Part shown: piece by piece, positions 1-11,682 of the stretch
How positions within the stretch are numbered: position 1 is the stretch's first letter
Layout of the letters: every line of letters begins with the position of its first letter
Assembly (NCBI GenBank): GCA_043228905.1
Contig: JBHGNT010000020.1
Location: 3,286,001-3,350,000 of the forward strand
DNA length: 64,000 nt
Source of the DNA: Azolla caroliniana
Taxonomy: Eukaryota > Plantae > Polypodiophyta
Direction: 5' to 3'
The notes under the pieces: model-generated
The model's database searches: none
What the model was told of the DNA's origin: nothing
Seen by the model: only the letters and a program-made list of their open reading frames with translations
Translations under genes and position numbers: made by a program

Positions 1-3000
1 CAGACCTGAAAGAAAAATTCTTGCACTTCTTTCAGATGGAGGTGGACTAGAGAGAAATGGTGGGCCTATTCTATACCATCCGGTAGGACCCCGGGGAGAG
101 CATTCCGCAGTTTGTCATCCGGTTTCAACGGATGCATAGTCAGCTTACCCGTGCACCTCCGGAGGAAGAAACACGGGCTATATTTTTAGCCGCGCTCCGG
201 GAACCTCTACGAACGGTATGCACGGTCGTCGACTTTCGCACAAGCACCGGCGACCAGGTCATCGACTGGGTTAGAGAAATGGAAAAAACGAGCTCTTGGC
301 TAACAATGGGAGCCCTCCAACGAGCGTTACCAACCGAGGAGGATCTCCGTTTCCGGCAAGCAATCCAATGCACGACATGCTTGAATTCCGGACACTCGGC
401 ACTGGAGTGCACCATGCGGACGCACTGCTTACTCTGCCAATCTCAAGGCCAGATGATGGACTGGTGCAAATATAACTTATTCAATCGGAAAGCACCACTA
501 GTCCGGCAAATCGAGCCACGTAGCAGTCGAGACGAAGAAGATGAACATTGGCGGCGAGAAGAACGATATCGACCCGCACAGGATGTCCGGTACGGCGATC
601 GACGAAACAACTATGACCGGTACGACAGATATGACAGGTACCGCGATTACAATGGACGGTACGAGCATTACAACTAGGATCACTCCCCCGGGTATCACCA
701 ATGACAGGAAGATTACGGGAGATATGATGACCAACCCCGTCAAGGTTACCGCAACAAAAAGAACTTTAATAAAAAACGACATTTCAAAAAAGGGAGCCAC
801 TCATGTGAACCAGAAAAATGCGCCTCAAGCAGCCAACCGGACCAAAGCCCCGTGGTTACCACAGGTCCTCCACCGGGTACAGGAAAAATTGCTGAATTCA
901 GCAATACCCGGAAAGCATATTGCTATTATTGCCAGCAAGAAGGACATTATATTAATCAATGTTTGGCAAAGAGCTATGATAAACGACCGGCAGTAAACAT
1001 CGTAGTCGCCGAAGTCGCAGACCTACAGCAGGTCACCACAAAGTCGTAGGGCAAGACGACAGAATGGGAGACACAAGAGGCCATCCGGAAGCAGGCAACG
1101 GAATGGGTGAAAAAGGCAAATGAGCAAAACGTAGCAGAACTTGCGCAACAATAGGAGAACACCGAAGAGCTCGCCGACCGTAGTCAGACCGAAAATGCGA
1201 CATGGCAGGCCTTGCAGGAGTGCCAAATCACGCTGCCATTAGGAAGGCTCCTGCAACTTGTGCCCAGATTCACCGAAGGACTCAAGAAAGGCATGACGGC
1301 AGGAGAAACACCACCGGCATCAGCATTCTTCTCAAATTCGGAAGAGGGACTGATGGTGGTAGACACAAAGAGTCTGGCGATCACGGCCACCGTGAAGGGA
1401 AAAGAGTTACCCGGAACAGTAATAGATGGAGGATCCGGCGTCAATGTGATTAGCCTCCGAACATGCACAAACCTGGGAATCCAAGAGTGGGAACCATGCC
1501 CGTTCTGGCTACGGATTGCGGATACTAGCTCAGTGCGACCGACCGGCTTGATGCGAGATTTGGAAGTAACAATCGGCAGCCACACATTTCGCACCTCGGC
1601 AGTAGTGCAACAATTACAGGCACAAGGTGCATACCCGCTATTATTGGGGCGGCCATGGCTAAAAACGACGCACATTAAACAAAATTGGAGGAAGAACATA
1701 ATCACCTTCCGGCGGGGAAAAGCAAAAGTACGGGTACCGACACAACCACAGACGGGTACCGGGAAGGAATTGACACCCCTATATGCCGAATGTGTCAATA
1801 TGTTGGACGGATTAGCAGACGAAGAGGTGGATCAATACTTGCAAGATAATCCAAAGATAGTACCTCTGTTTGAAATCGAGATAGGTGAAGCCGTATCACC
1901 ATACATACTGCCACCGGACGGAGCGGACAAAGAACCAAATAAAGAAGCAATCCGGGAGCTACGGCAAGCACAAGAAGCGCTGGAAAGAGAAATGGTTGTA
2001 TCACAATGGGTTAAAGCATCCCAACTAGAGGAGGTCAATCTAGGAACTACGGAAGAGGCGAGACCGGTGCAGATAGCCAAGGAAATGACTACGGAGAACA
2101 AAACGGCAATGATTACACTTCTCAAAGAGTTTCGGGACATGTTTGCGTGGTCCTATGAGGATATGAGAGGGCTCGATCCTCAGCTATATCAGCACCAGAT
2201 ACATTTGAGCAAAGACGCCAAACCGGTAGCACAACGACGATACAAGATGAATCCAAACTACGCCGCCAAAGTCAAGGAAGAAATCGACAAGTTGCTGAGG
2301 GTTGGCTTTATCTGACCCGTAAAGAAATCTACATGGCTGAGCCCGATAGTAGTCGTACCAAAGAAAAACGACAAAATTAGAGTATGTGTCGACTACTGGA
2401 AGCTTAATGCGGCGACGGTAACTGATGCATTTCCACTTCCATTTACGGATGGAGTTTTGGACGCAGTCGCCGGCCATGAGGTATACAGTTTTTTAGACGG
2501 ATTCAGCGGATACAACCAGATCCGGATGCACCCCGATGATTAGGAGAAAATGGCTTTCGTCACTGAATGGGGAGTGTTTGTTGCCATAGTGATGATGTTC
2601 GGACTAAAAACGGCGCCGGCAACGTTCCAGAGGATCATCATGGAAATATTCGGAGAATTCATACCGGCATTCAAGCAGGTGTTCCTCGACCACTTCGCTG
2701 TTTACAGCCGGGAAGGAGACCACCTTCAACACCTCCGACTGTGTCTAGAAAAGTGTAGGGATTACCGGCTAAGCCTGAATCCGACGAAGTGTGTATTCGG
2801 CGTGGCCAGCGGAATGCTATTGGGGCACATTGTGAGCAAGGAGGGCATTGCCGTGGATCCGGACAAAGTAAAAGCAATCCTGGAGGCACCGGCACCAAAA
2901 ACGGGAAAGGCATTGAGCCGTTTCTTAGGTCAAATCCGTTGGCATAGCCGAACGCTCCGGTATTTGGCGGACCTAGCTACACCACTGCATGCTGCGGTAC

Positions 3001-3696
3001 ACCGAACACCGTTCTAGTGGACCGACACCGAAGACAAGGCGTACCGAGCACTCAAAGTTCTATTGTCGCAAGCGCCGGTAGTGCAACCCCCGGATTGGGC
3101 GAAAGAATTTCATGTGTTCGTGGATGCGTCCAACATTGCAATCGAGAGCGCGCTGATGCAACTTATGGAGCCAAGATGGTACCGGCCTATATATTACGCA
3201 AGCCGGAAGTTATCCCAAGCCAAACAAAATTACTCCACCACGGAAAGGGAAGCTTTAGGCATGATCTACCGCGTAACAAAATTCAAGCACTATTTATTGG
3301 GAAGAAAGTTTTCCTTCCATGTAGATCACTCGGCACTCCTCTACTTAGTGTCGAAAGCATCACTTACCGGTAAGTTGGCCCAGTGGACTTTGCTATTATA
3401 GGAATTCTAATTTGAGATATTCCGCCGACTCGACATACATCATGCGGTAGCAGATTATTTAAGCTAGCAAGATTCTGGCGAAACCGGCGACGGAGTACCG
3501 GACGAGTTTCCGGATGCTGAGCTATTTCGAGTCACCGCGGAAACGGCAACAGATGAAACGGTGGCCCCAGAAGATAAGTGGCTAACGAATATGCACCAAT
3601 TTCTGAGCACCGGATTGACTCCGAAGGAGATGAACCGGGACGAGAGGAAGTGCCTGGCGGTACAAAGCCAACACTTCTGTTTATTACAGGACACGC

Positions 3697-4418
3697 TGTC
3701 GTGCCTTTCGGCTCCGGATCGTTGCGTGAGTCGGGTGGGAACCACAGAGGTCTTGGACTAGGAGAAAGAAGTTCGTGAGATAGAGATTAATTATGAGTAA
3801 ATAGCAAAGAGAAAGATAAGAAACTCGTGAATCACACGAGTATACTATATTAATTGGTACTTTGGGTGTTAAGAGAGAAGTAGATGTATAAATCGTGAAT
3901 CCCACGAATAATTTTTGTATTGATTAATCATTATAGAAAAATAATCAACAAAAACTACAATGTGCTCCCCATCCTTATATAGTGATGGGAGAGACTAAGC
4001 ATAGCTACATGCTTTTTCTCATATGTTCATGCACACTAAATGTGCATGTGATGCTTTTCTAATCCTTGCTTTTATTTGCTAAATATAGTGCTCATGCACG
4101 CTAGATGTGCATGAGTCACTTTTTAGTTGCTTGCGTTTTTCTATAAAATATTCACGCACTCTAAAAATGCATGATTTACCTTTTAATAAAGGTAGGCGCA
4201 AATAAAGCACTTATATCTATTAAATATATTTATAGAACACTAAAGATAAGGTAGCATAATGGTAAAGTTGAGGTTTGGCTACGTGGAGGTACAAGGTTCA
4301 AATCTTGCCCTATGCACGTGATAAATATCTTGATATTCTTATTTTATTTATTTATATGTAATTAAATCGGTTATATTATTTTTACTTTTTCATGTAGTGT
4401 ACGAGATACACTACGACA
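3697..4418 (-). mobile_element. Solo LTR (722 bp) inserted into Gypsy A pol
   Basis: TGTCGT...ACGACA termini. 4-bp TSD ACGC (3693-3696, 4419-4422). Removing it restores CAG GAC ACG CTA TAC CAC. CTATATAAGG TATA on minus strand near 3973-3982. Confidence 0.88.
4245..4316 (+). other. Degenerate tRNA-like sequence with Pol III A and B boxes inside the solo LTR
   Basis: A box TAGCATAATGG 4252-4262; B box GGTTCAAATC 4295-4304; tRNA-like spacing; partial acceptor stem GATAAGG/CCTATGC. Confidence 0.55.
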
Positions 4419-5790
4419 ACGCTATACCACAAAGGTGCGGACGGTATATGGCGACGAGCGGTGCACAGCGACGAGAAAGAGGTAATACTATGGGAAGCAC
4501 ACTACGGAGTCGCCGGAGGCCATTATGCCGGGGATGCTACGACAAGGAAGATATGGCAAAGTGGCCTATGGTGGCCGACTACATTGAAAGATGCAGTCCG
4601 GTACGCGAAAGAGTGTGATCTATGCCAGCGAATGGGCCAGCCAACGGAACAAGCTAGGATGCCGCACCAGCCAGTACTACTGCTAGAACCATTTCAGAAA
4701 TGGGGACTGGAGTTTGTCAGACCATTTAAACCACCGACAATGAGAACGGGCAACTGGTATGTGATCATCGCGATGGACTATTGCACTAAATGGGTGGAAG
4801 CCAAAGTCTTACGAGACAATACCGCGACGTCGACAACAAAATTCTTATATGAATGCATTTGGTGCCGGTACGAATGTCCCATAGAGCTGATAAGCGACCA
4901 AGGAGGGCACTTTCTTGGACAGGTAGGGGAGAGCTTGACGTCATTCTATGCGGTAGTTCATAAACGGAGCACCCCGTACTACCCACAAGCCAACGGATTA
5001 GCGGAGTCAACAAACAAAATGTTACAGAATATCCTGCGCAAGATCGTCAATGAGAATCGGACAGATTGGGACACGAAGTTGCACAGTGCGCTCTTGGCTT
5101 ACCGGACATTGTACAAAACAAGCATCCGAACAACACCGTTCCGGTTAGCATTCGGATTAGAGGCAGTCATGCCGGTCAAATTCCAGGTACCGATCTTACG
5201 GATTCAGATTCGGGAACGACTCAATGAAAAGGAATCGGAGGCAATTCGGTTAAAGGCTCTGTGTGAACTAGAAGAACACCGACTGGAGAGCATCATGCAC
5301 CTAGAATTGGAACAACGGCGACGGAAAGCGTTTGTAGATCGGCACTGGAAGGGAAACGAAAATATGTTCGGAATCGGCAAGCCGGTACTAGTGTTCCAGA
5401 CCTGGATGGGTAAAATGCCAGGCAAACTACGGTTTAGATGGACCGGACCGTACTGGATCACACGCGGGTTCAATGGGTCTTACCAGTTAGGGACACTTGC
5501 CGGCAAGGTGCTGGGCAAATGGGTCAACGGATTTAGACTAAAGCCATACCAAGGACCTATGCCGAAGAACCCATTTGAACGAATGGCCGCCACCGAATCA
5601 GATGCTGGCAGGCCAACCACGACGGCAACCCGTGAGGAAAACGGCTACCACCAAGCCGGTAAGGGGGAGCACGAGCCAACAACTAGGGAAAGCATAACGA
5701 CGGCAAACCGTCAAGAGGCCGGCAAGGTGCGCGTTTCGGGTAAGGGTCTGATAGGACCGGAGAAAAATTAACCACACAATTAATTTTACA

Positions 5791-5821
<31 letters not shown>

Positions 5822-6191
5822 AAAATGGAATCAAATAAATCATGAAAAGGAGTGGTGGAAACGGCCATGCAAACGAGGAGTAGAGAAGCACGTCGAAAAG
5901 GTACGAGGGGCTATGAATAGGACCTTAAACCACCGCCACATGGCACGCAATGCTATTATAGTATACGACCTGCACATGCGGAGGCTCGAAAAAGGCGCCA
6001 AGATGCAGAGAGAAAAACCCCCACGCATCGACACCTTCTCCTATCGCGAACCAAGGAGAACAGACGCAGACAAACGCGTGAAGATCAATCGTAGAGAGCT
6101 CACACACAGAGAACCCCCTCACTCGGAACTTTCTCTCTCACACTCTCCCTACCACCAAACCTCGCCAACGCTCTCCGACCTCGACGCAGAG

Positions 6192-8901
6192 ATGAACTGC
6201 CAAACCTTGTTTGAAGCCGCCAAGAAATGGCTACGACAGCACGGACTAGAGGGTTTCTTAACGATCATGGAGGCGGCGCCACACAAGGAGGCCGAAAATA
6301 TTATCAAAGAAATCGACACAGAGGTGATCACGGAGGAGACGATCCGTGCGTCAATAGGCCTTCCGGAGGGAGGCATCTACACGATCGACAATCCTACCTC
6401 CGAGCAACTCATCAAATATTTTAGTGAGTACTCTCTCGCCAGCAAGGGCTACAGGACACAGGGCGGCGAAGATATGTTATTTCGCGAAATTGCCCGTGTG
6501 CTCCATGAGTTCGGACACGTATACCCTCGACCCCCCGTCATGCCTCAGAATCGAGCCGACTTGATTATCGCGACGTACGAAGGGGTCAAGGTGGATTGGC
6601 CGGTGTTGATCGCCGACGGGCTGTGTACGGCTATTGATATAGTAAGAGGAAAGGACGGCAAGGAAGGCCGGAAAATATGGCATGCGATGATGTAATGGCT
6701 CACCCTATTGGTGCCACCGGTCGAGCCCGTCCAAACCAAGAAGCGGGGAAGAGCAATGGACGGCACCCCGAAACTTGCTTCGAAATGGCAACAACTGTTG
6801 GCCTCCAAGGCCACTAAGGGGAAGACGGTCGACGCAGAGAAGGCGGCAAAGGAGCGCGCCAGCCGGAAGTAGTCGACGGACACACACGAGGAGACACCGG
6901 CACGGCCCCTAAAGAGCCCACTCCACCGACCGGTGCAGCAAGAAACGGACACCCTGGTGGCAAGAATGAATGTCGGGACTCAAGCGGAGGAAATGGAAGA
7001 AGAACCCACGGAGCACCTCTAGTGGCGGTCGGTGAAGAGCACCGCTGAATTAGCCGGGAAGCGTTTGGACCCACAGAAGGATGGAACACCCGCAACAACT
7101 CACATTGAGCATCCCACGCCAAGGGAGGCACCGGAACCGGTTCGGATGGAACCGGTCACAGAAGTCCCTGCACAACAGGCAGCACCGGCGAGCCCCGTAA
7201 CTCAAGAGCCGGTTATACAAAGGCCAACCTCCTCAGCCGGCCAAGAACAAGTAGACAAGGGGCGGCTAGCCGAAACACACCCAGAGCCGGAATTGCAAAG
7301 TAGTCAGCATGCGGAACCAGAAGTGCAGCTCGACGCAGTAAGGTGGGACTAGCCACCAGCAAGTGAACCCATCAGCCTACTCGCCGTCCAGACGCAACAA
7401 CAGTGCACCGGCAGCCAATGGCTCCGGTGGATAGGAGAACAAATTGTCGGAGTAGTCGAATGCATAGAGGCGGAGGAAAGAGCGCAAACGGAACGATTGC
7501 TCGTCACAACTGATGAACTGGAGACGGCCTTGTCAAGGATCCAGTGCCTCAAACAAGACTTGGATCAGATCACAGGAGACATGGCCAAAATTGCCTTAAC
7601 CGCAACGCAGATCCAAGCACCGGTGACTCCGGTTGATGTACAGAGGAATAAGACTCCGGAGACACAAACTGTCCCGAAGAAAGATGTGGCGCAAGCCCAA
7701 GAGCTTGCGGAATTACGAGATGAACTTGCCGCACAAGAAGCATTACGGAGCCACGAACGCGGCCGAAGAAGAATTAAAAAAGACTGCTGGGAACCTCCAT
7801 CGGGCAGAGGAAAACCTACGTAAAGGACATCATGCATACGACTAGCTAAAGGAGGAAAAAGAGAATTTGCTGCACGAAAAAGACAAGTTGCGACGGATGG
7901 CGGAGACGGAAATCGAGAGGCTGAAGGAAGAATTCCGTCAACAGAAGGACCAGGAGGACCGTGCGCGCCGACAGATCAACTAGAGGTTGAAGCAGAAGAC
8001 CGATGATTTTGATCATCTGCACCGGGACTACAAGCAGCTGGAGACAGAGTATAAGCAACAGCAGGAACGAATGGCTGAGCTCTGACAAGAAGTTGATAGG
8101 GCCACAACGGCACTCGCCGACGAACGAGCTCAGAGGGCGAATGACCGGATGGACCTCCACAAACAAAACCATGAAGACAAGGAAAGAGCGACAATGGTAT
8201 TACAGAGATTGCAAACAACCTATCAAAATCAATTGTCGCATTATAGGGAGCAGGAGCCGGACATGGTCTGAATCATCAAGCAATTGAAAGAGGAGCGACA
8301 AGCCGCAGAAAACAAATCACGGATGGGACCCGAACGAATCCAGTGCATCCTCCGGTCATGGCTCACCAAGACCAAAAGCTTGATTGACGAGAGCTCTGTG
8401 CGATGGTGGACGAAATGGGCGCAGAATACGGTGGAACTCCAATTGCTCAGAGCGGACGTAGAAAACCGGCGGAAGGAGGGTAACGACTGTTATACGCTGA
8501 CATTGGAGAACTTCAACGCCATAAGGGATGAGCTGGCCGAAGATTTCACAGCCCGGCAGCTCGTAGCTCAACTGGATGACGATTGGCTAGAGGCTCAAAT
8601 CTAGTTTGAGAGCTATGAGCGGTCCCGGCTTCGGGAAGAAAAGGCTAGAAAGGTGGCAACGGTTAACCTTAGTGATGAGGAACCGTCGCCGGTACTAGGA
8701 CCAGACGGGGACCAGGCCGGGGTCAGTCAGACAGAGACAACTCCGACGGAGGAACCAACACAGGAAACGCCGGTGCCAGAGGCACAAACGGAGCTGCCAA
8801 CACCACAAATGGAACAGTAGCCACAACAGCAACAACAGATTCCCGACGAGCCACTGGAAATTTTGGCGCAAAGAATTCTGGACATTTTGGACGAAGCGTA
8901 A
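6192..8901 (+). pseudogene. Extra 3' ORF of Gypsy A (~900 codons): N-terminal globular domain, Pro/Glu-rich linker, coiled-coil-like region
   Basis: ORFs 5913-6695, 7032-7352 and 7497-7823 share one frame separated by stops. One frameshift near 7765 leads into the 8284-8604 frame, ending at TAA 8899-8901. Confidence 0.75.
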
Positions 8902-8955
8902 AAGGGCCGGATAATGGGTTCGACGTACAAGGTACTGTCCCACAGTCGTGCCATG

Positions 8956-9407
8956 TGTTACCGGCTGGCAAGAAGGCTTAAGGAGGTCCAAACCAGAGTG
9001 TGAAAAGGAATAGTTTATTCGGGAAATGTTGTAATTAGTAGTCTTAATATATATATTAATATATGAGAAGAAGTGGACAGACGGACCGGAATCGGCGGAT
9101 CCGGACCGATCCCGGATAGGTGCCGGTTGGCACCATTTTGTATTTCGCACCGGAGACCTATATAAAGGCCCGGTTACAATGTAATCGAGAGCGGATAATT
9201 AATAGAACTTATTGCCTTAATCTTTCAGTATTGATTACCGTTCTGTACTCATTGTTATATCTTACGCGTGTTAATGATGTGTTGCTAAGTAATCAATTAA
9301 GGTCTAATTAAGCGTTGTGCCGTGAGTCATCTTGCCATAACACCCTTTGGTGAAGTGTCTTAAGTGGACACCCTGTGTTAGGCTGTTGTCCGGCCCTAGG
9401 ATTAACA
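8956..9407 (+). repeat. 3' LTR of Gypsy A
   Basis: Near-identical to 46778-47214; TGTTA/TAACA termini; CCTATATAAAGG TATA near 9157-9168. Confidence 0.95.
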
Positions 9408-11579
9408 CCTGGCATAGAAAAAGCAATGAAAGATGCAAATCAGAAATTGAGAAGATCAGATAGAGAGAAAAAGACTGTTGAAAGATTTGGTTATGACACA
9501 TATATGGCTATGCATTATGCATACATGTCTAAAGTGGTGCAAATCCCTTATCCAAATAGTTTTGATGAAGCAAAATCTGATAAGAAATGGGTGAATTCAA
9601 TGCAAGAAGAAATAGATGCATTGGCTGAATATAGAACATGGGATTTGGTGAAGTTACCGAAAGAAAAAAATGTTGTAGGGTGCAAATGGGTCTACAAAAC
9701 AAAGCATGATTCAAATGGAAATGTTAGTAGACATAAAACAAGACTTGTTGCAAAGGGATATGCCTAGATGCAAGGAATTGATTATGATGAAACATTTACA
9801 CCGGTTGCAAAGATTGCAACATTGATGACACTACTTGCTTTAAGTGCAGCCAAAAGATGTGTTCTGCACAATATGGATGTAAAAAATGCTCTTTTACATG
9901 GTAACTTAGAAGAAGTGTGTATGTGTCAACCACTAGGTTTTGAAGATAAGAGGCATCCAAAATATGTATGTAGACTGAAAAAGGCTCTCTCTGGACTGAA
10001 ACGGGCACCGAGAGCATGGCATAAAGAACTTTTAGAATCTCTAAAACAAATTGCCTTCAAAATGTCAAAAGTTGATCCTTCATTGTATGTGAAGAAGATA
10101 AATGATTGCATTGTTGTTATCTTGATATATGTTGATGACTTAATTATTGCAGGTGATTCTATGGATGAAATAAGGAACCTTAAGAAAAATCTTGAAATGC
10201 AATTTCATATGAAAGATTTGGGAGAGTTGAGATACTTTCTTGGTATTGAGATGATTAGATTTGAAAGTGGTACATATATGTTGCAAAAACAGTACGCAAC
10301 AACTATGTTGAAGAAGTATGGTATGCTTGGATGCAAACCTATTGATGTACCACTAGATAAGAACTGCAAATTGAGGGTTGATTTAGGAGCCAAAATAGAA
10401 GATGTAAACATGTACAAGTCTATGGTGGGCAGCCTCATATATTTGACTATAACAAGACCTGCTTTGAGTTATGAGGTTGGATTAGTCAGCTAGTTTATGC
10501 AATAGCCAACAAAGCCACATTTGGACTGCATTAGAAGAATGTTGAGGTATGTAAAAGCTACTCAAAACTATGGATTGTTTTATAGGACTGATATGGACAT
10601 AAAGCTGGAAGGATATATAGATGTTGACTAGGCTGGAAGCCAAACTGATAGAAGATCCACAAGTGGATATATGTTTACATTGGGAAGTGTAGTTATTTCA
10701 TGGAGTAGCAAGAAACAAGCTATTGTTGCATTATCATGTACTGAAGCTGACTATAGAGGAGCTGCAATAGCCACTTGTGAAGAGGTATGGATCAAAAGAT
10801 TGATTGTTGATTTGGGTGAGTATATACATGGTGCATTCACAATTTGGTGTGTCAATATGAGAAACATTCAACTCGCAAAAAACCCAATGCTCCATGCAAG
10901 AACAAAGCACATTGAAGTGCATTATCACTTTGTTAGGGAAAAAGTGATTGATGGAGAAGTGGATCTGATGTATGTAAGCACAAATGAGCAAGTTGCTGAT
11001 ATTTTTATGAAGGGATTGAGCATGGAAAAACATACACAGTTCAGGGACATGATTGGAGTTATAACCATTGGTATGATAGCTGAAAAGCATGAAGGGAAGA
11101 AGACTGAAGATGATCTCAAGAAAGGCTAGGTTGAGCTTGAGGGTGAGTGTTGAGAAACAAGCTCAACAAAGGTATGTGATGCATATTGGTAAGTAAGATC
11201 TTATATAGTACCTATTAGCTAATTAGCTACTAGTGGACATAAAGGTGAAACAACTATTTGGCTATGCATAGCTATTTAGCTTCTGACAGCTAATTAGCTG
11301 CATATGTAAGTGATTTATAACTTAGGTAAAAAGTAAGGGAGTGAGATATAGAAAAGTGAGTGAGAGAAAGAAAACAACGTAGTGAGAGTAGAGAAGAAAA
11401 AGAACAGAAAAACCTAAAACTGACGAGAGCGAGTTGAGCTCTCCGTGTAATGAAATAGAAGGTTTTGGATTGCTACAAAGGTAAGTCTTTTTCCCCCTTT
11501 CTTTCTATCATGAGCACACTAATGATCCGTTGTGCACAAAGAAGAGCTGTGGTGCCTTCGTAACAGGTCCGATACAACA
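9408..11579 (+). mobile_element. Ty1/Copia family B, 3' part (INT-RT linker, RT, RNase H, PPT, 3' LTR 11148-11579)
   Basis: [46 protein letters not shown]; PPT GAGGGTGAG then TGTTG...CAACA. Confidence 0.93.
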
Positions 11580-11682
11580 ACCCCCTATCATGCCTTAAAA
11601 TGAGTCCAACTTATTTCATATCTTCCACAATTCTAACATTACTAGGTTGCAACTCTACTCTCATATGATAATATTTACCCTT

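Larger units (their letters stand above)
1..5771 (+). pseudogene. gag-pol polyprotein of Gypsy A, broken by stops and a solo-LTR insertion
   Basis: ORF pieces 132-677, 852-1049, 1212-2315, 2550-3017, 3063-3401, 4461-5771. In-frame stops; QDTL|YHKG is split by the 3697-4418 insert. Confidence 0.95.
1..9407 (+). mobile_element. Ty3/Gypsy LTR retrotransposon family A (Athila/Phygy-like non-chromovirus); 5' end lies before the window; degenerate
   Basis: Domain order gag (CCHC knuckles), protease (VIDGGSG), RT, RNase H (VFVDASN), integrase (HYGVAGGHY..CDLCQR; KLRFRWTGPY..VNGFRLKPY), extra ORF, LTR 8956-9407 (TGTTA...TAACA) followed by TSD CCTGG 9408-9412. No chromodomain or additional RNase H seen. 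Confidence 0.95.

Noticed and set aside
1184-1798. Numerous antisense ORFs over GC-rich retroelement coding regions (also 51944-52636, 54069-54593)
   Set aside because: Shadow frames of pol with no independent motifs.
4245-4316. Functional tRNA gene
   Set aside because: The acceptor and T stems are mismatched and there is no clean anticodon arm; kept only as a tRNA-like relic.
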